Part shown: piece by piece, positions 36,462 through 50,062 of the stretch
Position numbering within the stretch: the stretch's first letter is position 1
Layout: each line of letters begins with the position of its first letter
Assembly: GCF_002113885.1 (NCBI RefSeq)
Contig: NW_018406352.1
Location: 126,196-190,195 of the forward strand
Source of the DNA: Mizuhopecten yessoensis
Lineage: Eukaryota
Reading direction: 5' to 3'
Length of the DNA stretch: 64,000 bases
Program-made: the position numbers and the translations under genes
The notes under the pieces: generated by a model
Told to the model about the DNA's origin: nothing
What the model saw: the letters and a program-made list of their open reading frames with translations, nothing else
Database searches by the model: none

Positions 36462-37911
36462 CGTCCATAAACAATTTACATTTTCGACTTTTTCTCCAAA
36501 ACCACTAAACCAATTTCAATGAAATTTTGCAGGGACCTTTCATGGACAATGGTCAACAAAAATAGTGGCCGGTTTAGTCCCAAGCCCCTAGGGGCCTGCG
36601 GGACAAGGCGAAAAAGGGTCAAATTGACTAAAATTTCAAAATCTTCTTCTCCAAAACCCCTGAACCAGTTTCAATGAAATTTCGCAGGGACCTTCCATGG
36701 ACAATGGTCAACAAAAATAGTGGCCGGTTTAGTCCCAAGCACCCATGGGCCTGAGGGGCGGGGCCAAAAAGGGTCAAATTTAAAAAAAAATCTTCTTCTC
36801 AAGACCCAGATATGGTAGAATCAAATACTCTTCATAGATGGAAGTGTCTTAAGGTGCTTTACCAAAATTGTGAATTTCTTGACCCTGGGGTCTCACGTTT
36901 CCCCCTGGGGAGGGGATAAACTTTACTATAGTTTATATAGGGAAATCACATTTTGGACAAACATTTGTTTAATTTCCATTAGAAGCAATTAATTTGGGTT
37001 AGCATTATCAGTATAAGGTAGCAGTTTGATAGTATGCACATATGAGCACTGACTGACCCCAGGGGCTGATGGGTGGGGCCAAAAAGGGTTAAATTGACTG
37101 AAATTTCAAAAATCTTCTTCTCAAGACCCAGATATGGTAGAATCAAATACTTTTCATAGATGGAAGGGTCTTAAGGTGCTTTACCAAAATTGTGAATTTC
37201 TTGACCCTGGGGTCTCACGTTTTCCCTTGGGGAGGGGGTAAACTTTACTATAGTTTATATAGTGAAACCACATTTTGGACCAACATTTGTTTAATTTCCA
37301 TTGGCAATAATTCAATTTGGGTTAGCATTATCTGTATTAGGTAGCAGTTTGATAATAAGCACATATGAGCCCTGACTGACCCCCAGGGGCTGATGGGTGG
37401 GGCCAAAAAGGGTCGAATTTACTGAAATTTCAAAAATCTGCTTCTCAAGTCCCAGATATGGTAGAATCAAATACTCTTCATAGATGGAAGGGTCTTTAGG
37501 TTTATGACCCTAGGCTCTCACGTTTACCCCCTGGGGAAAGAGGGGGGCAAAATTTATTATGGTTTATAATGGAAAATGAAACTTTGAATATTACATGTTA
37601 ATAACTTGATTGGAATTATAACCTTGAGTTGACAGTTTGATACTTTGAAAATTTTGAGCCAGCCCTACCCCAAGGGCTGTAGGATGGGGCTCAAAGGAGT
37701 CAGTGTGCTAAAATTTCTTCATTTTCCTTGTTTAGAATCGGAGGTGCTAGTTTCAAATACTTTTTAGTCTGAATTCTGTACGCTAGATATTGAATAAGAA
37801 GGTTTTATTGTTTTTAGTCACTTTGAATAATATTTCTGTTCATGTTAAAAACAAAATCAACTCTCTGTATAAATATATCAGGTGACCGTTAAGGCCCATG
37901 GACCTCTTGTT
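36462..37911 (+). mobile_element. HINE family I, 5'-truncated copy
   Basis: Near-identical to 24360-25487 with extra internal repeat units; ends tcaggtgaccgttaaggcccatggacctcttgtt. Confidence 0.85.
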
Positions 37912-38969
37912 ATCTATAACATATACTGAATGTTTGAAAACAACTGAACGTTTGAGTATGTAAAGCATTGCGCATTTTATTGCACGTATTCAATAATGAT
38001 TTTTTCAAGAGTAAATGAGTGATGAAAATCTTACTGCAAATTCAGAAATACTATCGTCAACCGTCAAAGATTTAGACAAGAGGTTAACTTGAAGTTAACA
38101 TGAAAATGCGCAATATGCAGACACACACTGGTATGCATTGCATACGAACATTTCAGATTTTTTATGGGTTTTTTTAAAAACCATAACCACAATATTTTAC
38201 TAGCTTAGTAAAATAATTCTAAAAAGCAACTCATACTTTAAGAAACTTGTATGAACAAATTATAAAGTAATGGATGAGCGAATTGCAGCTTCTGATCAGA
38301 ACAAAATAAACAATTTACACTGTATACAACATAATATACAAAACATTGCTTCATATATATAAAAACAATCTCTCTCACTTTCACAATTTTTACAACTACA
38401 CAATAATCACACGGAAAACAATATTGCACATGTAAGGTGTGGGTTGTATTCTACAAAATTACCACATTGACTACTTAAACAAACATAAACCATTACAGAG
38501 TAGGCAGGAATCTACTGCAGTGTAATCAAGTATTGCACGATAGCAATCGAGTAGGCTGTTATTGCCAACAATTACAGTGTTCCGACAACGATAAATTAAT
38601 GTAAATTAATGGTCAATCCACGCCTGGAATATGTCACAGCAAAAAGGAAGGCTCTGTGTGCGCCACCTTGTTGATGATGTATATTTGTTGTGCTAATTTA
38701 CTCAACGCTAGAAATGTGTGACGATTTCCACACCACGAGAATTTTCATTTTTGCAGCAACCGATTATCACAAGGTGACATGTCATTTTAACTTAACTTGT
38801 AACATTATATTATTAGAGGATACGTTATGAGATAGTTAACTTACATTGGTCATTTAGGTCTTTCCCTTGACGGATTGTTTACTGTGTCTTCTGTTCTGAC
38901 GGGCTGACAAAAACGAGAGCGAACAGTGATAGATGTGAATGTTATAATAGAGACACGTTATATAATGAA

Positions 38970-40619
38970 CTATTTACAACTGAAGAACGTGTTGCTATCG
39001 CACTTACAATATTTGAGGATTTTAATTGTACAATGTCCCTCATCATCTCGCATCTGTGACCACAGTGTATTCTCAGACCCTATGCATATCGCACCTTTAT
39101 CTTCTGCACCTGAGTGCAATGTTCTCAGGTACTGGCCAGTCCCACTTAATAATTCTATTGTCTTCCTCTTCACATCCGCTATAATCAGGTTCCCAAAGGA
39201 ATCGTAGTCAACTGAGAATGGACCGAATGTTTCTGGTGTAGCAAGCTCCTGTCCGCGGATACCATCCCCTCTGTAGGTAACTAGGTGATTGAGTGTACTG
39301 TCATACACGGCGATGTGCATTGTTGAGTTATATGGGAAACTGGTACAGCTTATGTGTATTACAGCTATGTTTCTCGTCACTAAACAGTTGGAAATTCTCA
39401 ATGGTGGTACAAAATCTGGTTGTTCCTCATTGGTGATTGTGTGTAGAACAGATCCTGAGGCTGTGTGTATAGTTAAACTGTTTGTTGTACCCACAATTAC
39501 ACCATCACTGGTTATGGATAGACAAGAAGGCTTGTCCTTTGTATCGAACTTTGGTACAGGTGTTGCTGGTTCTTGTAATTCATAAATAGTTCTATCCTTA
39601 CAACCGAACCAGAGACGACCCGTTTCAGGGGACACACATATATCAATAATATCACTGTGTAGTTCAATCTTCTGTTTTGTTTCACCTTTATCATTCATCT
39701 GAAGCACTGTTTTCCCGCTAGCATCAAGAATCCAGAGGTTACCTTCTGGAGTTGTACACATTGACAGAGCTACTGCTGACACTGGAAACTGTGATATAAT
39801 AATTGAGTTATCGAGCAGTTCATACGAAGGAGGATGGTCTGGTGAATTTTCAGCGCGAGTGCCTGCTTTCTCGATGTCAGTGTGACCTGCAGAGCTCTCT
39901 TGGCATTGGTCTAATGTACCGATGGTGGATGTAGCAGCCGCTTGTGTTTGTGAATGGACGTCAGAACCAGTGGTAAATTTACCGATTGCCTGTTTGAGAT
40001 GATCAGTGATTGTTGTACAAGGTGTGTATTGGCAGGTTTGTAATACAGGTGGGTTGGTATCTGTGTAACTCCCAAGTGTATCAAAGTCAGTGTAAAATAT
40101 CTCAACATCTGTGCTTGTTTGTAGAGCCTTTTTACATTCTTCTACTGCTGCTAATACAACGTCATATCTGTGTTGTTTGTCTTTCTTCTGATGTCGTAAT
40201 AACTCCAAATTACTTCTCTCCATTTCATCACAAGTAGAAGTGAAACCTGCTATCAGTTCATCTATTTCTTGTTTACATTTTTCGCCTTGGAGCTTCATAT
40301 TGGAAGAAACTTTCTTGAATTCTGAAGAAGTTTCTGACATTAGGTGTTCTTTTGCTATGAGATCATCTTTAAGATGAGGAATTGTGTTCTTTTCTGAAAG
40401 GTTGACGAAATCCAACATGGCCGTTTTTTTCTCCTGAGCAAAAACGCTAAGTTCCTCCAGGTTGTGAGTCCTGTGAACAGATTTTATACTGCAAGTTGTA
40501 CACATAAGAATTTGACAATCCTTACAAACATAAACAACATCTTTCAGTAGGTGGTTCGGACATTTCGTACTACCTTTCTGTCTGACAGCCTCCTGACCGC
40601 CTGATATTGCAGCAGCCAT
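38970..40619 (-). CDS. TRIM-like protein copy B, 549 aa (stop-loss adds a 10-aa C-terminal tail)
   Basis: Intact ORF, collinear and highly similar to copy A; TGC replaces the TGA found in A, C and D. Confidence 0.9.
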   Translation of the reverse strand: MAAAISGGQEAVRQKGSTKCPNHLLKDVVYVCKDCQILMCTTCSIKSVHRTHNLEELSVFAQEKKTAMLDFVNLSEKNTIPHLKDDLIAKEHLMSETSSEFKKVSSNMKLQGEKCKQEIDELIAGFTSTCDEMERSNLELLRHQKKDKQHRYDVVLAAVEECKKALQTSTDVEIFYTDFDTLGSYTDTNPPVLQTCQYTPCTTITDHLKQAIGKFTTGSDVHSQTQAAATSTIGTLDQCQESSAGHTDIEKAGTRAENSPDHPPSYELLDNSIIISQFPVSAVALSMCTTPEGNLWILDASGKTVLQMNDKGETKQKIELHSDIIDICVSPETGRLWFGCKDRTIYELQEPATPVPKFDTKDKPSCLSITSDGVIVGTTNSLTIHTASGSVLHTITNEEQPDFVPPLRISNCLVTRNIAVIHISCTSFPYNSTMHIAVYDSTLNHLVTYRGDGIRGQELATPETFGPFSVDYDSFGNLIIADVKRKTIELLSGTGQYLRTLHSGAEDKGAICIGSENTLWSQMRDDEGHCTIKILKYCKCDSNTFFSCK

Positions 40620-40924
40620 ATCTCGTTTTGTGTATCATTATCTACTGTTCAGCCATTTTGTAGAATAAACCAGGAAGGTGTTCTTTATCTGTATTCGTAC
40701 CGAGGTTGACGTGATGTCCTGTCTATTGTGTGTCTATTTATATCTTGCCTTTATATTTTTACGACCTGTAAAGTGAATAGAATTGACGTTTGTGTAGGGG
40801 AAGTAATTTAAAGCTCTTACCTGTAAAGACAGTTTTGCACACCTCATTTGATAATACTGCAAATTAACTGCATAATATTCAGGTGTATATGTCATTCTAT
40901 TGATCAAACATTATTTTTTGTTCT

Positions 40925-40995
40925 ATCATCATCTATCAGTTGTGGCCACAGTGTATTACCCGACCCCTTGCCAATCACAGGTACTGGTCATTCGC
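40925..40995 (-). pseudogene. TRIM-like C-terminal stub upstream of copy B
   Basis: The minus strand reads ..IGKGSGNTLWPQLIDDD, homologous to IGSGNTLWSQMEDDE. Confidence 0.6.
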
Positions 40996-41735
40996 ATTCT
41001 CTCTATATATATATATTCTACCATTTAATCATGAGTATCTCCTGTCTTGATATTTTGAACTGGATAGAATTTACGTCTGCTTTAAAAAGGCACTATTCTG
41101 TGTAATCTACTGAATCGATACCAAAGGCACCACCATACATTTGAAACACTGAATGCATTGTGTGTTTGGAGGGATGCGTGCTTGTCTAAGAATTTCGGTG
41201 CGTGCGTTCAACGCGAGGTACGGTAATTGAGGAAAGGGAAATAATACCTCGAATACCGAAAAATACACGCATTTTTGCATACTCGTACATTGTTGTAGAT
41301 GTGTGTGTGAGTACTTGATGGCGTCTACTGAACTTTACAAGGCAGTTTTAGGAATATCTTTATTAACCATAAAAGATTTAGAATGAGACAAGTGGTCAAT
41401 GTTGACAAATTTAAGGAAATGATGTATATTATGGTTGCTGAAGAAGACCGGTAAAGATAAACGACTGTCGTGTTGTCTGATTCAGGCTTATCATCTTATT
41501 ATTCTGTCGATGGACACGCAGACATACATTTGTAATGCAAACCATCCTGGTGTGTATTGAAGACGTTACATTTCAGGTGCTATTAAAGAGAATATAACAA
41601 TATTGTTTAGGCTGCCTGTCCCAAATCATGAAACCGCGCCCTAAATTTGTTTTGGATATAACTGAAGTAGAACTGGACGCACCGGGCTACTTGTACTGAT
41701 AAGGTTAATCAGTTACTACGAGCGATCATGTTACG

Positions 41736-41926
41736 GCCCGATTTCTCACCCCGACACGATTTCTCACCCCGACACGATTTCTCAACCGATTGAGATATCG
41801 TACTAAAAGTGCTGCGGTCGCAACACGATTTCTCACCCTAACACAATTTCTCATCCGGGTGAGAAATCGTGCAAAACATATGGGTGTAGGTGACACGTTT
41901 TCTCATCCGGCACGATTTCTCACCCA
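41736..41926. repeat. Cluster of direct and inverted acacgatttctcaccc motifs (probable DNA-transposon subterminal repeats)
   Basis: At least 6 direct copies plus inverted gggtgagaaatcgtg. Confidence 0.55.
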
Positions 41927-43019
41927 AACTCTCAATTAGGGATGGATTTTGTCCGTGGTGTCATAAAACTTGCCGATCTAAACCCCTAAAACATATAAAA
42001 ATTACATGTTATGCCTACTTGTTTCTATGCTTCGACTATTGAACTGACTTTTCAAGGTTTCGTCCATTTAGATAAATGCACTTATGGTCTTTATAGTATA
42101 TACAAGTGTTTTTGTAATATAATGTTGTTTGAAACGTTTAACATGTAATATTACAGTTATCTTAAAAGTAAGTCAAGTGTCCTGCAACAGTTCTAGGTAT
42201 CTGCTGGTCAAATATTAAGAGTACTTGGCACAGGTGGTACATACACATAATTGATAGACTACTGACGTACGATACCACAGCACAGCATTACAGACACTTC
42301 GAGGCAGGAGAGTAAAAATATTTGATACACAATGAAATTAAGTAACTTGAAACTAAATAAAAAGACCACAACAGGATCCGAGAAGATAAACAAACCAGTG
42401 TTCAGAAATTACTGAGACTGTGATAGGTGTTGCGGAAAGTTAAACGCATTTTACATCATATTATGTAATACCTGTCGTAATGTCTGTCAGCTTGTTGAAG
42501 GTCACCAGCTTTCTAAACTCAAGTGAATATATTTTAAATTATTTATGCACTGGAATGTTTTAGCTGCAAATCAGATGCAAACAAAATCCGATACTCTTTG
42601 TTATGATAAAGTGAACCTTACTTTTTAATCATACCGTATGTATTTTGTTCACATAGATTCAGTGAGGCGACAAACCGGTAGACATTTACGGTGGCCCGTT
42701 AGAGCTTTAATATGAACATGATTTATCAATTACTGCCACTACTTTATCTGGAAACGAGACCGCCAATTGCTTATGACACGGAAGTTTATAAATCTACAAT
42801 ATTCATTTTTGAAATGCGCAACAGAAGTCTTAAAAAATCTTCACAGATTCAATTAGACGATGAAAACAAATACTGTTGCCCAATTCATACAATGCACGTG
42901 CGCGCCCCTTCTTAAAAACATTCAAACGCAATCCGGTTCACCTAAATTAATCCGTTTCGATACTTCAACACGGATTCCGACATCATCAGTATCGTACGAG
43001 AATCTACATGTCATCAAGC

Positions 43020-45020
43020 CAACAACAGCTGGTCGCTGCAAGTCATTTATTCCTCGGAATTTTTGTACTTAAAATGCCCCGTGGTTTTCGAGTAGAAAAA
43101 CAGATCCGTAGAAAAGCAGAGAAACAGTGGCGAAGGACCAAATCATACATTCATTAACAGATTTATAGGGAACAATGTCGGCTAGTTGGTTCACTTCTCA
43201 TTCAGTCAAAGAAGTCTTATTATTTCGAAAGGATTGAAGAATGTGGTAAAGACCATAGACACCGTTTTAGACTCACCAAACATTTAATGGGTCAGAAAGG
43301 TGAAATTGTCCTACCAAGCTGTAATTCTGAAAAAGACTTGTCGAACATGTTCAGTGACTAATTTCTTCTAAAATCAGCTCGATCAAGAAAAATATGTCGG
43401 AAGTGAACTCTCCTGCTGATGATATTTCTGTCATGATTGCTGACATTAAATTTGATGGGGGACCATTGACAAAGCTCTCACCAACAACCCAGGACGAGGT
43501 GCGCAATATCATCATGACCTCGCAATCGAAGTCCTGTGAGCTTGATCCACTGCCTAGAGACCTATTAAATCAATGTATTGAAGCACTGCTTTCCTTGATT
43601 ACCTCAATTATGAACAATCAATGGCGGCTGAGTCAAAGGTTCCACGGTGTTTCAAGAAGGTACATGTTAGACCATTGTTGAAGAAGCCTGGAATGGACAA
43701 GGAGGATTTGAAGAACTACCGCCCAGTTTCAAATCTGCCTTTTCTGTCTAATAATGACATAGCTTCTGCATTGAATAACAAGTGCAGAGCGGTGCTTGGC
43801 ATGCTGGATTTGTCAGCTGCATTTGACTTCATCGACCATGGCATACTTTATAAACGTCTTGAGTACTCGCATGGAGTGATTTCTACCGCACTATGCTGGA
43901 TACAGTCTTATCTGAGTTAACGACGACAGTGTGTTGCCATCAGATGTACCACCTCACAGGAAAAAGTAATACATTTCAGGGTTCCTCAAGGGTCGGTGTT
44001 AGGTCACGAAAATATTGCCTGTACTCTAATCCGATCCGAGAGATTTGTCGTCGCCATAGCCTTCGCTATCATTGCTATGCTGATGACACACAAATGTGCA
44101 TGGTCATCAAACCACAGAACAGTTGGGATACAATTACAGAAAATCTGAAAGCTTGTCTGACAGATATCTGTACCTGGATGAACGCAAACATTCTAAAGCC
44201 TAATCCGGAAAAGACGAAACTAATCGTCTTTTCCCCAAAGTTTTAGCAAACAATGGCTCTCCAGCTCAAGGTCGGTGCCAGAAATATTGAGACTGTCCAA
44301 GCTGTTAAAAACCTAGGGATATACTTTGATCGAACGCTATTGCCAAATCCTGTTACTACCAGATAAGGAACATCGGCTGTATCCGACAGTTTATAACTGC
44401 AGATACATGCAATATGTTTGTGCATTCACTTGTTACCTCTCGGTAGGATTATGGGAACGCCCTGATCTGTGGTATATCTGACAAACGAACTAGTCGTCTG
44501 CAGAGGGTCTAGAACACTAAAGCACGGCTGATCACTAGTACTCGAAAGAAAGAGCACATCACGCCTGTGCTATATTCATTACACTGGTTAACTGTACGAT
44601 ACAGGTCGCAGTACAAAATGTTGGTGTACACATACAAGGCACAAGGAACAGCTCTCCAGTACCTACATTAGCTTGTTACCCGGTATCAGCCGTCGCGATT
44701 ACTGCGGTCGGAGTCAGAATCATTGTTGTCTGTCCTAAAATCTCGTACTGTGACCTATGGAAACCGGTGCTTTAAGAGGGTTTCGGCCACATTGTGAAAT
44801 AGCTTACCATCTGCTATTAGAAAGTCAAAAACCCTGGCAAAATTCAAGATAGACATCAAAACTCACCTCTTCATGCCTGCATTTTTGGCTCTTTGCAAAA
44901 ATGTCATGTAAATACTAATATATAATACTATTATCCATATGGTGTAAAGCGCTTTAGAGTAATTTTACAAATTATATAGGGCGTTATATAAATGCTGTAT
45001 ATTAATTATTGTTATAATTA
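43020..45020 (+). mobile_element. Degenerate 5'-truncated L2/CR1-group LINE (RT ORF2)
   Basis: Motifs [48 protein letters not shown] and YADDTQ spread over broken frames; 3' tail gtaaagcgcttt...gcgttatataaatg. Confidence 0.88.
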
Positions 45021-45436
45021 TTAGAGAATTAACACATATGCTACCACCTCTTTTGATGGCAGTACCTGTATTTATCTATTTATCTATTATTCATATACTT
45101 TTAATTCCACTAAATATCCTAAACATAGAAACGTTTCCAAAAGACAATTTGCGCGAGATATACCGTATATAAAATAATATGCAAGTCATATCTAACAAAG
45201 GACACATTTCTTTGGCCAAAGGAACAAAGGACACGAATTTTAATACAACATGAACTAACTAAAGCAGAGGTGAAATCATTGCTCTGGAAGGGTACATACA
45301 TTTCCCTTTTTTATTATAAAGTATAACAATATCTACTAGTAACAGGAACCATTACACCATAAGGTGCCGAAGCTAACCAAGTAGTCGCAAGTAATGGATC
45401 AGAAATTTATCGCAATGTCAAAATACAAAAATGTAC

Positions 45437-46100
45437 TAGGGTTGTCAAACCGGTCTTATTTTTGTAACCGGTTACTCTTCTACCGATCGAGTAACTGGTT
45501 AATCGGTCAATTTGGTAGTCAAATAATAAACAGCAACAAATACATTATGTGTTTGGAAAACGTATTTACACCACAAACATACATGTATATATTAATCAGT
45601 ATGATAGTTTACTCGTATATTTCAATGTTTACAGAGGAAATCATATGCGGTAATATTATTCTTTAGAACAAAATTTGCTTGACAAACGTTTTAAGACATG
45701 CTTGCTCATTCAAGTGTGTACTCTTCAGATTATCTTTACATCTCGCATGTAAACGCGCCTTCTATCTCAGAAAGTTTATATTTTATGACTTTGTATTCTG
45801 GCTTCCTTTTAAAATCTGTTCAGCTTTTTTATGGTATTAGCGACATCTCTTTGTCAGAATTTAAATAAGAGTACAAAATTAACACTAACATGTAATCCCT
45901 GAACACTGTTTTTATTACAAAACTTTCCAATTTTGGTCGCATCTATACAAATGCAGATAGTCTGTAGATCTAAGCCAGGGAAACATGGGGCTCCCAAAAG
46001 AGGTAAGTAAATGTCCGACTTTTCGGTTAAGGATTTTGGTAACCGGTTCGTGGTCTTTCGCCCGAGTAACCGGTTAACCGGCTAACCGATGACAACCCTA
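45437..46100. mobile_element. hAT-like MITE
   Basis: TIR tagggttgtca / tgacaacccta with subterminal aaccggtt repeats; no clear TSD. Confidence 0.6.
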
Positions 46101-46700
46101 CATAATAGATCAACATACCAAATCTATAACATCGGTTAATATCTAAATGTCGACCAATGAGGACCCGACCTAACACGGACACATTGTCAAATAAAAAAAT
46201 CAACACAGATCGCAGTAGTGTTCGTAGTGACACTGCACACTTTCACTTAGGGATATTGCACAATGCATACATTTCGACTAATAAGAAGACAGTCTGCAGC
46301 AGCCGTTTTACGGAAGATGTTGGCATTTTCCCCATCTTCAAGAACACGATTAACATAGTAAACAACTTTTATTGTGGTCCATAAATCAGAACAGAAATTA
46401 TTTTAGCCTGAAATGACTCAGCAAATGATAGGCCATGATTTAGATCTGTCCGGAAACTTAACATCGAATATCATCAGTGACTACATGTATTATGTAAAAG
46501 AGTGGATTAATTAGGTTGCCTTACAAGCGTCAGCTAGGAGAATCCTTGGCGGGGAGTAAAAGAACCTGGGTTGGTGTTTGAAAAAAGGGGAGAATAGTGT
46601 TGGTTTGGTTTGTTTTAGTATTGTTTAACATCCTATCAACAGCTATGATCATTTAAGGACGGCCCCCCTATTTGCAAGATGCATGTATGTAGTGTATGCG

Positions 46701-46858
46701 TGTAAAAGAATGGATTAATTAGGTTGCCTTACAAGCTTAAGCTGTAGGGAATTTCCCTTTAGCTTAGCGGTAGGGCATCGGGCTGGAGAGTCAAGGGTCG
46801 AGGGTTCGTGCCCCAGCGACGGCACTATCTTTATCACTTTTCTTCGTCCTACTTGACA
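46701..46858 (+). mobile_element. Solo LTR related to family 1
   Basis: tgtaaaa...ggttgcctt...agggaatttccctttagcttagcggtag...ggttcgtgcccc...ttgaca; its 5' 35 bp are also repeated at 46493. Confidence 0.55.
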
Positions 46859-47299
46859 TTTCTCATTTTAAGGCAGACCTACCACGGAGCCAGAGACGGA
46901 TGCTGAAAGTTGTAAAATCAGGGAACATCTCAAAATTATTTTTCATTTCACCTGGATTCTGGATTCCTGTCCGCTGCCTGCGACAAAACACTAGAGAACG
47001 ATCTTTTAGTGCTTATTTCCTGCAGTAACATCCCCTGATTTTCATTACATGTACAACTGATAAAGTTATCTTGGCTGATCTCACCTTACTGGGTTTTTTT
47101 TTCAGAAAAGACATTTTTTCAAATTATGATTTATACTGAAAACAAAGACTCGGTGCATCCTAGAGTTGATCGCAGTAGTATAGAAATCCGAAAATTCACT
47201 CCCTGAAATGATCCTTAGAACAGTCTTCTAAGAATAGCATGAAATGATTATATGATTATGAAGTGACGACATTTAAATTATGCTTACATTACCTGTGGG

Positions 47300-48543
47300 A
47301 GGTGTGCAGTGCACTGTAATAAGGTCACTGTGACCTTCACAAAAAGGTCAAAGTTCAAATACGTGCTACATTTCAAGCGAAATAGCGGCCATTATGGATA
47401 CTGCATTTGATATGATGTAGTCACAGAGATGTTCTGAGTGTGACCGTCAATTTCTGCCCACACTGTTTGTAGTATTTCGGTATACTATTGTTCCAAATAT
47501 CAACTTCATAGCATCCAGATGATTGAATAATCAAGATTGAAATGTATTTGAAAAAATATCAAAAAAATGTATTCAAGTTAGCAACTTTGAGAAAGAATAA
47601 TGCTAGAATCTGGGCAAATTTTCATTAAGTTGCTAACATTATAAAATATTAAATAGATGTTTCAGTATAATTGTATAATTCAATTACAAACTTTTTCAAG
47701 TTTATTTTTGAATGAATGAAGTAAAAGAACGTTAGATCATTGCAAAAGACTTTTTATTATTAATTTCGTTCTACAAATTATTTTAATAAATCTGCTGTGA
47801 TTCAGGGTACTGTTTAAACAAAATTAACTATTTCATGTCGGCGAAAACAGCGTTTTTAATCCTGCCACATTTTTATATTCATGAATATGTTGGTAGGAGG
47901 CACACACCTCCTTTTATTGCCATTCTGTCACGGGTAAAGGCCTTTCAAAAAGGGATCCTGATAGACGAAAACTGTCAAATATAAATTATTTGTGTACTTA
48001 CACTAGAAAATAGGGGACATGTTACTATTAACTACGTTTAACTTTAATTGATCAATTAATTGACACATCAATGGAGACCTACAAGCAGTTATCATCCATA
48101 TAGCTTACACGTATTATAAACAGGCAATGTTTGGTATGCTGTCAAAATACTGTAATGGTGGAATTTTGGGCGTGTTGAAATGTTAGCGATGTGATCCGCT
48201 AAACTGATCGCTTTGGTAATAATTCTGAAATCGAGATAATATATTCATCTATTATATATGAAATCTATAAAGAAACATTCGCGTGCTGATGTTTTTGCGC
48301 CAATTTACTCAACGCTAGAAATCTGAAGATTTTCAAACCACGACAATTTCCATGATAGTAACCGATACCTATCACGACGTTACATGCCATTCTGTTGTTA
48401 ACTTGCATTATATTATTAGGAGATACGTTAAGGGATAGTTATCTCACATAGGTCACGACGAGAGCGAACAGTGAGAAATGTAAATGTTATAACAGAGACA
48501 CGTTATATATGAACTATTTACAACGGAAGAACGCATTGCTATC
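47300..48543. repeat. Duplicated 3' flank shared by TRIM copies A and C (paralogue at 20831-22118)
   Basis: Collinear matches over about 1.25 kb (aggtcaaagttcaaatacgtgcta, gagaaagaataatgctagaa, aagggatcctgataga, ttgacacatcaatggagaccta). Confidence 0.9.
47321..47357. promoter_or_regulatory. Perfect IR3 (ERE-type) palindrome plus DR1 nuclear-receptor element
   Basis: AGGTCA-ctg-TGACCT (47322-47336) and AGGTCA-a-AGTTCA (47345-47357); homologous copy at 20853-20888. Motif only, function unproven. Confidence 0.4.
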
Positions 48544-50062
48544 TCACTTACAGTATTTGAGGATTTCAATTGTAATATCTCCCTCATCATCTACCATCTG
48601 TGACCACAGTGTATTCCAAGACCCTAAGAATATCGGACCTTTATTTTCTGCTCCTGAGTGCAATGTTTTCAGGTACTGGCCAGTCCCAATTAATAATTCC
48701 ATTGTATTTCTCTTCATATCCTCAATAAGCAGGTTTCCAAAGGAATCGTAGTCAACTGACCACGGACCGAATGTTTCTGGTGTAATTGGCTCCGGTCCCC
48801 GGATACCTTCCCCTCTGTAGGTAAATAGGTGATTGAGTGATCTGTCATACACGGCGATGTGCAATGTTAAGTTATATGGGAAATCTTCTTCACTCCCCTC
48901 CATTTTAATACCGTGTACCACAGTTATGTTTCCCGTCACTGAACAGATGGAAATTCTAAATGATGGTAAACAATCTGATTTCTCCTCACTGGTGATGGTG
49001 TGTAAAACAGATCCTGTGACAGTGTGTATAGTTAAACTGTTTTCTGTACCCACAATTACACCACCGTTCGTTATGCCTAGACAATACGGTTTGTCGTCTG
49101 TTTTGAACTGTGGTACAGGTGTTGCTGGTTCTTGTAATTCATATATAGTTTTGTCCTCACTACATGAACCAGAGACGACCCGTTTCAGGGGACACACATA
49201 TACCATTGGTGTTACTGTGAAGTTCAATCTTCTGTTTGGTTTCACCTTCATCATTTATCTGAAGCACTGTTTTCCTGCCAACATCATACGAAGGTGGATG
49301 ACCTATGGTCTCGATGTCAGTGTGACCAACAGAACTCCCTTGACATTGATATACTGTGTCGATAGCGGATGTAGCAGCCGCTTGTGTTTGTGAATGGCCG
49401 GTAGAACCAGTGGCAAATTTACCGATTGCCTGTTTGAGATGATCAGTGATTGTTGTACAAGGTGTGTATTGGCAGGTTTGTAATACAGATGGGTTGGGAT
49501 CTGTGTAACTCCCAAGTGTATCAAAGTCAGTGTCAAATATCTCAACATCTGTGCTTGTTTGTAGAGCCTTCTTACAATCTTCTACTTCTGCAAATACAAC
49601 GTCATATATGTGCTGTTTGTTTTTCTTTTGATGTCGTAATAACTCCAAATTACTTCTCTCCATTTCATCACAAATAGAAGTGAAGCCTGCTATCAGTTCA
49701 TCTATTTCTTGTTTACATTTTTCACCTTGGAGCTTCATATTAGAAGAAACTGTCTTGAATTATGAAGAAGTTTCTGTCATTTGGTGTTCTTTTGATATAA
49801 GGTCATTTGTTAGATGAGGAAGTGTGTTGTTCTCTGATAGGTTGACGAAATCCAGCATGGCTATTTTCTTCTCCTGAGCAACGACGCTAAGTTCCTCCAG
49901 GTTGTGAGTCTTGTGAACAGATTTTATACAGCAAGTTGTACACATGAGAATTTTACAATCTTGACAAACATAAACAACATATTTCAGTCTGTGGTTCGGA
50001 CATTTCGAACTACCTTTCTGTCTGACCGTCTCCTGACGCGAGCCTGATATTGCTGCAGCCAT
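48544..50062 (-). pseudogene. TRIM-like copy C, pseudogene
   Basis: Collinear with A/B/D, but has GAA>TAA at 49760-49762, in-frame deletions in the linker and first propeller blade (near 49290-49310), and a 1-bp insertion frameshift near 49165 (tggttcAtgtagt vs tggttctgtagt). Confidence 0.88.

Noticed and set aside
41438-41470. Hammerhead-ribozyme-like ctgaagaag...aaac...gtc
   Set aside because: The GAAA core and the stems are not intact.
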